Of a DNA stretch of 64,000 nucleotides, positions 41,555 to 52,068 are shown piece by piece (position 1 is the first letter of the stretch; each line of letters begins with the position of its first letter). Made by a program: the position numbers and the translations under genes. Source of the DNA: an uncultured delta proteobacterium. Its GTDB lineage: Bacteria > Desulfobacterota > Desulfobacteria > Desulfobacterales > JAFDCJ01. The notes beneath the pieces are model-generated. The model saw only the letters and a program-made list of their open reading frames with translations, did no database searches and was not told the origin of the DNA. Location: contig CAVYNY010000010.1 of assembly GCA_963769935.1 (NCBI GenBank), forward strand, positions 384,001-448,000, read 5' to 3'.

Positions 41555-42625
41555 CTAATCCCTGATCCCCTTGAGGCCTAAATTTTTTTCTCTTTCGCCG
41601 ATTTCCGCCCATCGTTTGCGCCAGGCGTGAACGCCGAGGGTGGTCAGCACCAGGGCCCCCTGGATCACCCCGCTCAGCGAAGAGTCCAGCTGCAACACCA
41701 TCGGCAGCTGAATGCTGCCGACGTTTAAACAGGCAAAGAAAAACGCCACCGGCGGTACCAGCCAGATGTTATAGTTGGACAGCATGACCACCAGCAGGGC
41801 AAGATACCCATAGTTGCTGGATATGGCCGGTATCAGCCTGTGATAGACGCCGGTCACCTGCAGGCTGCCGGCCAGACCGGCAAATCCTCCGGCAAAAATC
41901 ATGGCCAGCAGCATAAACCTGCCCGGCTTGAGCCCGAATAAATAAGCAGCATTGGGATTGCCGCCGATGGCTTTTAAATTCAATCCGACCCGGGTATAGC
42001 GCAGCAACAGTCCGGTAAGTACAAGGGCCGCCGTGACCGTGAGCAGTGCCACGGGTGAAAGCCGCAGGGATTCCAGCATCGGCAGCCACAGTTTCACCGG
42101 AAACGTTTCGGTGCCGCTCATGGAGGCGACGCCCGGCCGCCGCCAAGGTCCAAATATCAACCACAGGATAATCCCCTGGGCAACGAAATTCAGACCTAGA
42201 CCGGCAAAAATTTCATTGACGCCGCCGCGGGTCTTTAAAAACCCGGCCAGCAGCGCCCAGACGGCCCCGCCCGCCAATCCGGCCAGCAGCGACATTCCAA
42301 TAAAAGCAACCGATGCCGAACTTTCAACGCCGGACCGAAGCAGCGCGGTTGTAAAAACGGCTCCCATCATGACCTGGCCTTCAACGCCAATGTTCCAAAG
42401 TCCGATTCTAAAGGTAAACAACAGACCGCAGCCGCACAGGGTCAGCGGTATCCAAGCTATTATCACGTGGGAGAATTTGTTCCAGGAACCCAGCGCTCCT
42501 TTAAGGATGTAATAATAAGCCACAAACGGCGGAGCGCCCGCAATCAGCAGCACCAGCGAGGTGAAAAAAAACACCGCCGCCAGGGTCAACAGGAGCTGGC
42601 GGAATTCTATGGCAAATGATTTCAC
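41555..42625 (-). CDS. Nucleoside/sugar ABC transporter permease (CUT2)
   Basis: GLWNIGVEGQ, GVNEI and AIGGNPNAA motifs. Confidence 0.9.
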   Translation of the reverse strand: MKSFAIEFRQLLLTLAAVFFFTSLVLLIAGAPPFVAYYYILKGALGSWNKFSHVIIAWIPLTLCGCGLLFTFRIGLWNIGVEGQVMMGAVFTTALLRSGVESSASVAFIGMSLLAGLAGGAVWALLAGFLKTRGGVNEIFAGLGLNFVAQGIILWLIFGPWRRPGVASMSGTETFPVKLWLPMLESLRLSPVALLTVTAALVLTGLLLRYTRVGLNLKAIGGNPNAAYLFGLKPGRFMLLAMIFAGGFAGLAGSLQVTGVYHRLIPAISSNYGYLALLVVMLSNYNIWLVPPVAFFFACLNVGSIQLPMVLQLDSSLSGVIQGALVLTTLGVHAWRKRWAEIGEREKNLGLKGIRD

Positions 42626-42630
42626 AGTTT

Positions 42631-44091
42631 TTACACTTTCCCGGCGATGGCCATGCCCAGCTCATGCACATCCGTTCGGGCGGATTCGATATCTTTGATG
42701 ATCCGGCCGTTAAAAAAAACCAGGACGCGGTCAGCCACCATGAGGATTTCATCAAGCTCGGAGGAGGAAAAAACAATGCTGGTCATGCGGCGGCAATAAT
42801 CTTGTAAATGCTGCCAGACCCAGATAACCGAGTCGACATCCAGGCCCCGGGTGGGATTTTCGAGCAGGAGCAATATCGGATTTTCCGGCAAAAAAGACAA
42901 CAGCAGCCGCTGCTGGTTGCCGCCGGATAAGGCGTCAACGCGGGAATCCGGGGTGCCTTTTATGCGGAAACTTTCGATGCGTTCGGCGGCCAGATTGCGC
43001 GCTTCCTCCCATTTGACCATAAATGTATTATGGTTTTGCTGAAGGGCAAAATGCTCGGTGATGCTCATGCCGGTAATCAATCCCTCCTCCAGGCGGGATG
43101 CCGGCATAAAGGTCACCCCACGGCGCTTGAAGGTATGATGATTCCGGCTGTCCATGGTGTGTCCTGCCAGTAGAATGGACCCGCTGGTGGCCGGTTGCAG
43201 GCCGCCGGCGACGCGCAGGAACACCCCCTGCCCGCTTCCTTCCAGGCCCGCCAGGCCGACAATCTCCCCCTGCCGGATGACTGTGCTGCAGTCTTTTAAG
43301 CCGCTGCGCCCGCCGGTACCGGACACATTTCTCATCGCCAGCACATCACGGCCGCGGGTTACAGCGATCCGTCCCGGCGGTATCGGCGGGGCCCCGAACA
43401 TCATCTGCATTAATCGATTCACGTCGAACGGCGGATCCATATCGCCCGTCACCCGGCCCTGACGCAGCACGGTCACCTCATCGCAAAGGGTTTGGACATC
43501 CTCCAGCTTGTGGGATACAAGGATGATACTTTTACCCTCGGTCGCCAATTGTTTGAGAGAATCAAAGAGGGTGGTTTTTTGAGTGCTGGATATACCGGTA
43601 GTCGGTTCATCCAGAATGAGTACCTGAATTCCCAAGGCCAGCAGTCTCAACAGCTCAAGTTGCTGTCTTTCACCGATGGTGAGGATTTTTACCGCTGCAT
43701 CGGCATCAAGCGCAAAGTTGAGAGATGCGGCAAGCTCAACAAAATATTTTCGAAAAGTCTTTTTATGGCCGGATATTCCCTCGGTTCGGCCCAGCCTGAA
43801 ATTGTCCAACACGGATAAAAGGGGAAAATCCAGTGGGTCCTGATAGAGCATACCGATTCCGAGTCCTGCCGCATGGGCCGGATCGCGGTAAGTAACCGGC
43901 TTTCCGTCAATTAAAATCGAACCGCTGGTTTTCTGGCTGAAACCGGCTAAAACTTTCATCAAGGTGCTTTTACCGGCGCCGTTTTCACCCAGGATACCGT
44001 GGATGCGGCCGGGAACAACCTTCAGGTTTATCCCGTTGTTGGCTTTTACCGGTCCGTAATGTTTGTGAATGTTTTGCAGCTCAATCTGCAT
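42631..44091 (-). CDS. ABC transporter ATP-binding protein (duplicated NBD)
   Basis: GENGAGKS, ILDEPT, LSGGNQQ and NPTRGLD motifs. Confidence 0.95.
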   Translation of the reverse strand: MQIELQNIHKHYGPVKANNGINLKVVPGRIHGILGENGAGKSTLMKVLAGFSQKTSGSILIDGKPVTYRDPAHAAGLGIGMLYQDPLDFPLLSVLDNFRLGRTEGISGHKKTFRKYFVELAASLNFALDADAAVKILTIGERQQLELLRLLALGIQVLILDEPTTGISSTQKTTLFDSLKQLATEGKSIILVSHKLEDVQTLCDEVTVLRQGRVTGDMDPPFDVNRLMQMMFGAPPIPPGRIAVTRGRDVLAMRNVSGTGGRSGLKDCSTVIRQGEIVGLAGLEGSGQGVFLRVAGGLQPATSGSILLAGHTMDSRNHHTFKRRGVTFMPASRLEEGLITGMSITEHFALQQNHNTFMVKWEEARNLAAERIESFRIKGTPDSRVDALSGGNQQRLLLSFLPENPILLLLENPTRGLDVDSVIWVWQHLQDYCRRMTSIVFSSSELDEILMVADRVLVFFNGRIIKDIESARTDVHELGMAIAGKV

Positions 44092-44264
44092 AACAGGAGC
44101 CGTTTCCTCGACGCCGATACCAGGGTGGAAATTAAGTTGCTTAAATTGCGGGAAATAAAGATAAATACAAAGTGCAGAAGGTAGGGCACACCTTCTGCAC
44201 TTTGACAAGGCCTATAATTACAAGGTAGGCATGTTTGGCAATTACGCCTTTCAGAACATGCAAG

Positions 44265-45458
44265 CTATTTGGCGCTGCTTTGCCCTTCCATTCCCTCCAG
44301 GAGTTGCCCCATGTACCAGATCTGCTTGTCGCTGGCCACTTCACCGGCTTTGACAAATGTGCTGCCGTCCTGATAATTCAAGGGCCCCTTAAACAGATTG
44401 ACTTTCCCCGCGCCGAGATCCCGGATGAATCCATCCAGCGCATTTTTGGCAGACGTTGACAATGCCGGACCGGCCACAAACCCTACCGTACTGGTGTCCG
44501 GATTGTTAATGTCCTTCCAGTCAGGACCCAACCAGTCCCATTCGGATTTCCAGTCTCCCGCCATAGCGGCTTTGATAAATTTGACATACCCCGGTCCCCA
44601 ATTAAAAAATGGTACACCGAGGCAGACATCGGCTGCACCTTCACAGGCACCGACGTAGTCGTAAGGGATCGCCCAGACATCTTTGCCTTCCTGTTTCTTC
44701 TGGCGGGCCACCACCAGGGCCTCCGTCGTGTCAATACCCGATAGCACCACATCAAAACCGGTGTTGAAAAAATTTTGGGCCACTTGGGTGGGATCGGCCG
44801 TCACCCCCGGAATATTAAACCAGAATCCGATCCAGGTGACCTGAAATTTCAAATCCTTAGCCGGCTTTTTGAGCACGGTCTCCCATGCATATTTGGCGCC
44901 TAAATATGCGGAAGCGGCCAAACGGCGGGTCTCTTCATTGACCAGGGGGCCCAGATAGCCGATTTTTCCGGTTTTGGTTGACATGGCGGCCGCAAAGCCG
45001 GCCATCATTTTACCATATACCATCTTGCCCATCAGATTGCTGAGATTTTTGGGCGCCTTGCCGGTCAGCACATCATCCCCCGAAATATGAATGAAATACG
45101 TATCCGGATGCATCAATGCCGCTTCGCGCGTCCCATCTTTCATATCATCTGAGTTGGCAATAATTAACTTCGCCCCCTTTTCCACCATGTCATCGACCAA
45201 CTGCGGGATCGTAACGCCGGGTCGATCGGCCGGGTTTACCTTGTCGATATAGATCATTTTGGTACCGGGTACCCGTCTTTCAACATACTTGCCGGCGTCA
45301 TAATGCGCTTGACTGTATCCGCGGTCATTGTAGGGACCGACAAGCAACAATCCGAAAATCATCGGGTTATCGGCACCAAAAGCAGGTCTTGGCGGGGTCA
45401 AGTTGAGCGGTACCAAAAAAGAGATAATCAGCAATCCCCAAAATAGTTTTTTTACCAT
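44265..45458 (-). CDS. BMP-family ABC substrate-binding protein (likely nucleoside/purine)
   Basis: Signal peptide, VGPYNDRGYSQAH and WIGFWF motifs. AAGGAGG SD. Confidence 0.9.
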   Translation of the reverse strand: MVKKLFWGLLIISFLVPLNLTPPRPAFGADNPMIFGLLLVGPYNDRGYSQAHYDAGKYVERRVPGTKMIYIDKVNPADRPGVTIPQLVDDMVEKGAKLIIANSDDMKDGTREAALMHPDTYFIHISGDDVLTGKAPKNLSNLMGKMVYGKMMAGFAAAMSTKTGKIGYLGPLVNEETRRLAASAYLGAKYAWETVLKKPAKDLKFQVTWIGFWFNIPGVTADPTQVAQNFFNTGFDVVLSGIDTTEALVVARQKKQEGKDVWAIPYDYVGACEGAADVCLGVPFFNWGPGYVKFIKAAMAGDWKSEWDWLGPDWKDINNPDTSTVGFVAGPALSTSAKNALDGFIRDLGAGKVNLFKGPLNYQDGSTFVKAGEVASDKQIWYMGQLLEGMEGQSSAK

Positions 45459-45815
45459 AAGAGTTCCTCCTTAATTATTATATTGCACCTCAAAATCCCA
45501 ATGCTGCAAAGTTCCGCGCAGTTTGGCTGCCAGCCAGCCTCGTTTCCCTAAATTTTACCAGGCGTGTGCACCTATATAAGGAAAAGGTCATCCCGGGTCA
45601 AGAAGGAAGAGGCGCAATTTTAAAAAAAGCCTTTTAAGCGCGATTTGTTCTGAATAATAATTCAAGCAGGATATTAAAAGCCGGCATGGATAGCAGGGGA
45701 ATGACACGCGAAAAATCCTGGAAGAGATGCTGGAAACGTACCAAACTGGTTCGATCGAGTACCAGGCATATATTTTGGGAGGCTTTATCGAGGAACAATT
45801 AATCCGGCTTCGTTT

Positions 45816-46163
45816 TCATTCGTGCCCTTCTTTTCTTAAAAGCGCCTGGTGCCAGCGAACGAACTCGTACATGCCGATAAAGCGCTCATCGTCATTGACG
45901 ATGCCCAAAGCCATTTCAAGGACCCCTCTGGCGTAGGCATTGCTGTACCCTTCAGAACTTCGCGATTGCAGAAATTCCCTCACCAACATCTGAGTTGTGC
46001 GCTCGGATTTATCTTTGCGAATATCGATCGGATCTTTGGGTTCTTCAAAGGGGTCCCATTTATCATAACCTTTTTTAAGGATATGTTTCTGCCGTCGCGG
46101 CGACATGCAGTCAAATATCGCTTTTTTCCGCACTTCAGCTTCTTCAGAAGAAGATTCAATCAT
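45816..46163 (-). CDS. Conserved hypothetical protein
   Basis: Overlaps the stop of the upstream gene by 4 nt (translational coupling). Protein-like composition. Confidence 0.75.
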   Translation of the reverse strand: MIESSSEEAEVRKKAIFDCMSPRRQKHILKKGYDKWDPFEEPKDPIDIRKDKSERTTQMLVREFLQSRSSEGYSNAYARGVLEMALGIVNDDERFIGMYEFVRWHQALLRKEGHE

Positions 46164-46852
46164 TTCTTGGTCCTCGATCGACGTTGGCGGGATATTTTTT
46201 CTTCCGGTTCGTCAGCAATTCCCAGGTATACCTCATCAAAATCCATTATCACAGCGGACGATAACGGTACGAGCAAATCCGCCAGTTTGATATTCTTTGA
46301 TTTAATGTCCCGCAGCAATTCGGCAGAAATCTGTTGCAGCCGGCCGTGCACGGCATCCAGGTTAATCGTTGGATATTGCTCCCCCTGTTCGAAGCCCGAC
46401 TTGCCGCAGGTATGTCCGGCGCCGCCAATAGCAGTCGGAATGCCGTAAAAGCGACAGGTTAACGGTCGATATTCATAAAGGGCGCACAGATCTTTATCAT
46501 TCAAAAGCGGGCAGCGAACGCGCTCGAACGCCATTTCAGCCAGGATTTCGCCCTCGTTTTTGCCGGACTGAAGATCCCGGTATGCCTGGCGCTTGATTTT
46601 GTAAATTCGACGATCCGCGCGGTTGGCTTTTTCTAAAAATTCGACCTTGTGGGAACCTTTAAATTTCTCATTGAAGTGGTGATGAATATAAAGGGCTTCG
46701 ATCAACGTCAGGTCAAAAAGGGCAAAACAGCAGTCCGCACATTTTTCCGCACACTTTACACAATCGCGGTGGGCCTTCTTGACCCGGTCAAATGCCGCAT
46801 CAGCTGTTGCCACCAGAGCTTCGTATTTTTCAAAATAAGGTGTCAGATCCAT
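46160..46852 (-). CDS. YkgJ-family cysteine-cluster (CxxxCxxCC) protein
   Basis: CAEKCADCC, CPLL and CALYEYRPLTCR motifs. Confidence 0.88.
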   Translation of the reverse strand: MDLTPYFEKYEALVATADAAFDRVKKAHRDCVKCAEKCADCCFALFDLTLIEALYIHHHFNEKFKGSHKVEFLEKANRADRRIYKIKRQAYRDLQSGKNEGEILAEMAFERVRCPLLNDKDLCALYEYRPLTCRFYGIPTAIGGAGHTCGKSGFEQGEQYPTINLDAVHGRLQQISAELLRDIKSKNIKLADLLVPLSSAVIMDFDEVYLGIADEPEEKISRQRRSRTKK

Positions 46853-46880
46853 GTTGCCGGTAATTCTCCTCTCTCTTTAA

Positions 46881-46896
46881 TGTTTCACGTGAAACA
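46881..46896. promoter_or_regulatory. parS centromere site (ParB binding)
   Basis: Perfect palindrome TGTTTCACGTGAAACA immediately after the mnmE stop. Confidence 0.92.
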
Positions 46897-46897
46897 T

Positions 46898-48325
46898 TTA
46901 CTTTCCAATACAAAAGCGGCTGAAGATTTGATCAAGCACATCCACTTTTACGGAAGTTCCGAGTATCTGCCCCAGGGCTTCAATTGCATCCTGCAGGTGA
47001 ATGGCAATCAGCTCCAGAGGATGTCCGTTTACCAGTTGTCGTTCGATGGCCTCAGCGGCCTTGAGAGTATCTGCCAGGAGCAGTTTTTGCCTTAAGTTGG
47101 GTATAATTTTTTCATCGATGTCGATAGGGTTGTTACCGAAAGCCGTCGCCACAATCTGCTCCTTCAAAAAATCAAGGCCGCGGTCATACAAGGCCGAAAT
47201 TCGCACACCGTCAATGGACCCCCACTCAGCGGGGATTGCGAGGCAATCAGCGGCATTTACCAGATCGATTTTGTTAATCACAACGATGGTCGGCTTGGAC
47301 TTTACCTGCTCAAATATTTTATGGTCTTCGGCCGCTAAAGCACAGCTGGCTTCCACCACCAAAAGAATCAGATCGGCCCGTCGAATACTTTCCAGAGCTT
47401 TTTCGATGCCGATGGTTTCTATGGGATCGGCGGTCGTATGCAGTCCGGCGGTATCGACCAGAACAACCGGATAGCCCTTGATATTCAGCGACTCTTCAAT
47501 GGTATCCCGGGTCGTTCCCGGCAAGGCGGTGACAATGGCCCGTTCCTTTTGAAGCAGGCAATTGAGCAAACTCGATTTGCCCACATTGGGACGACCGACC
47601 ACCGCCACCTTCAATCCCTCGCGCAGGACATTCCCTTCAATATGCTGCTCAATTAGGCTTTGCAGAGGCCTGGTCACCTGGGCTCGAAGCCCGGCGACGG
47701 CGGCTTTTGGATCAACGATCTCCGCCACATCATCCGGAAAATCAATGCCGGCTTCCGTCCGGGTCAAAAGCTCGATTAAATACGCCCGGATCAGCTCCAC
47801 CTGTCTTTTCAAATTCCCGGTTACCTGGCCTGCCGCCATGAACAAAGATTTAGCGGTGCGGGCGTTGATAACGTCAATGACCGCTTCGGCCTGGGTCAAA
47901 TCGATCCGGCCGTTCAAAAAAGCCCTTTTGGTGAACTCGCCCGGATCGGCAAGCCGCGCCCCGCATTTTAACACCAGTTCAAGGATGGCCTGGACTGCAA
48001 CCTGGCCGCCGTGGGCATTGATTTCAACGACATCCTCCCGGGTGTAGGAGCGCGGTGCTTTCATCACGGACAGCAAGACCTCATCCAACATCCTCCCTGT
48101 CGCGGGATCGTAGATATGGCCATAGTACAATCGATGGGATTTGAAGCCCTTACCCGCGCTAACGATGAAAGACCGGGAGAGGCCAGCCCGACTCAGATGT
48201 CCGCCTTCCGAGGGAGAAAAAATAGCCGAGGCAATTGCAAGGGCATTGGATCCGGATAATTTAATAATTCCGATTCCACCCCGGCCGCCGGAGGTGGCGA
48301 TGGCCGCAATAGTGGAATTTTCCAT
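46898..48325 (-). CDS. mnmE: tRNA modification GTPase MnmE
   Basis: TIAAIAT, GRPNVGKSS, GTTRD, DTAG, NKID, terminal FCIGK. Confidence 0.98.
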   Translation of the reverse strand: MENSTIAAIATSGGRGGIGIIKLSGSNALAIASAIFSPSEGGHLSRAGLSRSFIVSAGKGFKSHRLYYGHIYDPATGRMLDEVLLSVMKAPRSYTREDVVEINAHGGQVAVQAILELVLKCGARLADPGEFTKRAFLNGRIDLTQAEAVIDVINARTAKSLFMAAGQVTGNLKRQVELIRAYLIELLTRTEAGIDFPDDVAEIVDPKAAVAGLRAQVTRPLQSLIEQHIEGNVLREGLKVAVVGRPNVGKSSLLNCLLQKERAIVTALPGTTRDTIEESLNIKGYPVVLVDTAGLHTTADPIETIGIEKALESIRRADLILLVVEASCALAAEDHKIFEQVKSKPTIVVINKIDLVNAADCLAIPAEWGSIDGVRISALYDRGLDFLKEQIVATAFGNNPIDIDEKIIPNLRQKLLLADTLKAAEAIERQLVNGHPLELIAIHLQDAIEALGQILGTSVKVDVLDQIFSRFCIGK

Positions 48326-48330
48326 GTTTC

Positions 48331-49134
48331 CTAGGAGTCCAACGGCTGCCTGGGCAGGTGATTTTTTTTGGGGAAGATAGTCAATTTCCGCACGTAGCCT
48401 TCTCCCCTGCTTTTAGTTTGAACATCCGGGTCGCTTTTTAAGGCCAGATGCACGATGCGGCGATCATAAGCACTCATCGGCCCCAGTGATATCGGCTTGC
48501 GGATTCGTTTGGATTTTTCTGCCAGACGAACGGCCAGTTTTTCCAGATTGACCCGGCGGGTCTCGAGATAGCCCTCGACATCCACCTGAACCCGAATTTT
48601 TTCGTGGTTGTTATGATGCTTGTTGACGATTTTTTCGACAAGGGATTGAATGGCTTCAAGGGTTTGTCCCTTTTTCCCTATCAGGGCGGCCGGATTGCCG
48701 CCGGCAACATTCAACCGGATCCGCTCCGAACTTTCTTCGGTCGATATCTTCGCATCGGGAGCGATGCAGTCCACGATGTGCTGTAAGACAGTCCGCCCGA
48801 GTTCCAGCGGGTTTTCCGGAAGGGCATATTGCAACTGCGCATCGGAATCCCGGTTCTCAAGGGAATGAGCTTCCTCCGAGACTCCATCGCCGGAAGGTTC
48901 GTCTTCGCGTTTCAAATTTCCCGACGGCGATTCACTTACCGTGGCCGCCGCCTGCGCCGGTTGCGGTAATGTGACTCGAATCCTGGCTTTTTTAGCACCT
49001 GCCAACCCGAATATCCCGCTGGATCCGTAGGAAAGGACATCGTACTTGATTTCATCCTGGGTTATGTTTAGCTGTTTACATGCTTTTTTAACGGCTTTGT
49101 CTACATTTTTATCCTCGAATTCAAACGAAGACAT
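48331..49134 (-). CDS. jag: Jag/KhpB (EloR) RNA-binding protein
   Basis: Jag_N domain, KH (LIGKKGQTL) and R3H (RRIVH) motifs. Confidence 0.93.
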   Translation of the reverse strand: MSSFEFEDKNVDKAVKKACKQLNITQDEIKYDVLSYGSSGIFGLAGAKKARIRVTLPQPAQAAATVSESPSGNLKREDEPSGDGVSEEAHSLENRDSDAQLQYALPENPLELGRTVLQHIVDCIAPDAKISTEESSERIRLNVAGGNPAALIGKKGQTLEAIQSLVEKIVNKHHNNHEKIRVQVDVEGYLETRRVNLEKLAVRLAEKSKRIRKPISLGPMSAYDRRIVHLALKSDPDVQTKSRGEGYVRKLTIFPKKNHLPRQPLDS

Positions 49135-49152
49135 TTGTGTCAACCTCCGTTA

Positions 49153-50826
49153 TCAGGCAAATTTTTTCTGAATATAATATTGCTGCGCGATCGAAAGAAT
49201 GTTGTTCACCAACCAGTAAAGCACCAACCCGGAGGAAAAGTTGATGAAAATAACCGTAAAAATAAGCGGCATGAACATCATCATCTTGGCTTGGGTCGGA
49301 TCCCCCATGGGGGGAGACATTTTTTGCTGCAACAGCATTGTGGCGCCCATGATAATTGTCAGGACCGGAATGCCGTAAGGGGGTTCCATAAACGGTATAT
49401 GGGAGACGTTAAACCGAAACAACCGATCGGGGGCGGACAGGTCATCAATCCACAGGAAGAAAGGTGCATGCCGCAGTTCGATGGCCTGATACAGCATCCG
49501 GTAAAGAGCGAAAAACACCGGCAGTTGAACCACCATGGGCAGACAGCCCCCCAGAGGATTTATCTTATAGGTCTTGTATAGATTCATGACCTCTTCATTC
49601 ATCTTTTTCTTGTCATCTTTGTATTTCTCCCGGATATCCTTCATCAATGGCTGGATCTTTTTCATTTCGCTCATCGATTTATAGCTCTTCGATCCAAGAG
49701 GCCACAAAACGAGCTTGATCAGGATCGTTAGTATAATAATCGCAATGCCGTAGTTGGGAATGACGCTGTAAAGTTTGTTCATCAGCCAAACGCAGGGCTT
49801 GGCGAGAAAATCAAACATTCCGAAATTTAAAGCCTTGCCGAGATCATGACCGGCATCTCCCAGAATTGTCATGCTCTTGGGTCCGAAAAAGAGCAAATAG
49901 CGGTAGCTATGCTGCCCACCGGGACCAAAGCTAGCTTGCGGCGATAAATATTCGGCCTCTATCAGATCTTCGCCCTCTAATTTAAGATGCATGCTGGCGT
50001 CGCCGGATTGCTCGGGGATGACGCTCATCATGAAATATCGATCCTGCAGGGCGATCCATTTGACATTTCCCGAATAGGTATTTTTTTTGGCGATATCTTT
50101 GATCTTGATCTCGTCAAGCTTTTTGTCGATCAATACGCTGGGCCCTTCAAATCCGTACCTCAGCTTCTCATTGGGCAGCGGGCTGTTCAGCGCTACAAAC
50201 AGCTGGTCCTCGAAAGATCGCTCCGATCCGTTGTCAATGGCAACATCAAGCCCGATCAGGTAGGAGTTCGGTGAAAATTTATAAGTCTTTTGCACCACAA
50301 CGCCATCGCTGGATTTCCAATAAAAAGAGACCTCTTGGGCGGCATCCGCAATGTGAATATCATCTGCCGTAAGGTTTGTTGAAAAAACCGCCTTGTCAAG
50401 GCCGGGCAGGCTATTTCCGGCGAAGCCGGTTAATACGGTCTCGATTGAATCTTTGCTGGGCAGCAATTCTTTTAAAGGAGAATTTTTCTGAACCGTGTCG
50501 CGGTATTTTTTCAAAACAAAGCTGGTAACCCCGGCCCCCTTCTCCGATAGTTTAACCCTATAATAAGGTGTATCCACGGTAATGGTGCGCGGAATCCTGG
50601 CAGGCTTGGAAACCGGTGTTTCCGTGGCTGCTGTTTTTTCAGATGCGACAATCCCCGACTCCGGAGGGTTGGCTTCGGCTTGTTTTAGCGGCTCCTCTTT
50701 GACCGGTGGCTGCTGGACCTTTTGGGCAGATTTTTGACCGGCCTGTTTGTCAACAAAAAAAACCTGCCACAGCAGAAAAACCAGTACGCACAGGACAATA
50801 GCAATTACCAAACGCGCTTGTTCCAT
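49153..50826 (-). CDS. yidC: Membrane protein insertase YidC
   Basis: NYGIAII, NPLGGCLP and WIDDLSAPD motifs. Confidence 0.98.
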   Translation of the reverse strand: MEQARLVIAIVLCVLVFLLWQVFFVDKQAGQKSAQKVQQPPVKEEPLKQAEANPPESGIVASEKTAATETPVSKPARIPRTITVDTPYYRVKLSEKGAGVTSFVLKKYRDTVQKNSPLKELLPSKDSIETVLTGFAGNSLPGLDKAVFSTNLTADDIHIADAAQEVSFYWKSSDGVVVQKTYKFSPNSYLIGLDVAIDNGSERSFEDQLFVALNSPLPNEKLRYGFEGPSVLIDKKLDEIKIKDIAKKNTYSGNVKWIALQDRYFMMSVIPEQSGDASMHLKLEGEDLIEAEYLSPQASFGPGGQHSYRYLLFFGPKSMTILGDAGHDLGKALNFGMFDFLAKPCVWLMNKLYSVIPNYGIAIIILTILIKLVLWPLGSKSYKSMSEMKKIQPLMKDIREKYKDDKKKMNEEVMNLYKTYKINPLGGCLPMVVQLPVFFALYRMLYQAIELRHAPFFLWIDDLSAPDRLFRFNVSHIPFMEPPYGIPVLTIIMGATMLLQQKMSPPMGDPTQAKMMMFMPLIFTVIFINFSSGLVLYWLVNNILSIAQQYYIQKKFA

Positions 50827-51075
50827 TGTCTTCTCCTAATAAATCCCAATTAGCTAAAGTAAAAAGTTTTGTCCGCCGAATGTCGAATCCGAATTTATTC
50901 GATTAAACGGGGCTAGTTGTCTGTGGATTGACCTACAGGAGGGCTGGGAAGAATCAATACTAACAGGGCTCATTTTTAGCGATCAATTCCTTAACAAATG
51001 CATTTTCGGCCAATATTACGCTTTGGCTGAAGGGCCCGCCCAGGTCTGCCGCTTGGTTTGTTCTCACCGTTCGCG

Positions 51076-51306
51076 CTAAGGAACAGGATCAACACCACCG
51101 GGATGAAATGGATGGCAGCGCAAAATCCTTTTAACCGCTAAAAACGAACCTTTTACCGGGCCGTGACGCAAAATCGCCTGGTAGGCATACTCGGAACAAC
51201 TGGGATAGAATCGACACGCAGGCCCCAGAAGTGGTGAGAGCGTAAATTGATACACCCTGATTAAACTTAAAAAAACGATTTGAAAAAATTCTTTAATGAT
51301 TATCAT
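51076..51306 (-). CDS. yidD: Membrane protein insertion efficiency factor YidD
   Basis: [10 protein letters not shown] and [14 protein letters not shown] motifs. Confidence 0.95.
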   Translation of the reverse strand: MIIIKEFFQIVFLSLIRVYQFTLSPLLGPACRFYPSCSEYAYQAILRHGPVKGSFLAVKRILRCHPFHPGGVDPVP

Positions 51307-51646
51307 AGCCCGTTATGCGGCCCAAAATTTCCTGCAAGGATCGGTAAGCCTTTTCGGAAGAAAGATCGGCGGCCTGCCTTTTAGCAATAATGCTGATGTC
51401 CCGATTCCCTGCTAAACAATGCCGTTTTAATCGAAAAAATTCGCGCACAAGCCGCTTGATTCTGTTTCGTTTGACCGCTGGTCCAACCTTTTTGGTGACG
51501 GTTATACCGATTCGTGATCTGCCCTGCCGATCAGCGGAAAAATAAGTAATGAAATGTTCATTTTGGATCCGCCGACCGAATTTTGACAGGGCGAGGTACT
51601 CACGTCGCCGTAAGAGCCGGTCGGCCTTCGTGAGGGAAAAACGCAA
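51293..51646 (-). CDS. rnpA: Ribonuclease P protein component
   Basis: [21 protein letters not shown] motif. Confidence 0.95.
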   Translation of the reverse strand: MRFSLTKADRLLRRREYLALSKFGRRIQNEHFITYFSADRQGRSRIGITVTKKVGPAVKRNRIKRLVREFFRLKRHCLAGNRDISIIAKRQAADLSSEKAYRSLQEILGRITGYDNH

Positions 51647-51725
51647 CGGTCAAGCCTTCCGCTTAGCGGTTTGGAAATTTGATTCGACGCGGTTTCAAAG
51701 CTGCATTAAACCTTTACTGATTGAT

Positions 51726-51860
51726 CTAACCGGCCAGACGAACCCTGCCCTTGGCTCGGCGCCGGTTGATGATTCTTCTTCCCTGCTTGGTAGACATTCG
51801 TTTGAGAAAACCATGATTTCTGGCCCGTTTTAATCTGCTGGGCTGAAAAGTTCGTTTCAT
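51726..51860 (-). CDS. rpmH: 50S ribosomal protein L34 (absent from the ORF track)
   Basis: Translates [44 protein letters not shown]. Confidence 0.97.
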   Translation of the reverse strand: MKRTFQPSRLKRARNHGFLKRMSTKQGRRIINRRRAKGRVRLAG

Positions 51861-52068
51861 AGTAAAAATTCCTTATTCCGATTGGATTAATTTTTAGCAC
51901 CTTAAACCCAAGAAATAAAACATAAGCGGGATTTCTTGTCAAGAATAAATATAGGGAGCGTAGGAAAAAGGACTTGGCTCGGCCATTTGGATCACGGGAT
52001 CTGCGTTTAATAACGGCCCCGGCAGGAGCCGCTTTCCCCAAGCTCGGTCTCGGAAAAAGCGTAGGCGC

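Noticed and set aside
45686..45936. Short plus-strand ORF or remnant (LEEMLETYQTGSIEYQAYILGGFIEEQL)
   Set aside because: No recognisable family, an unclear start, and overlap with a convergent gene.
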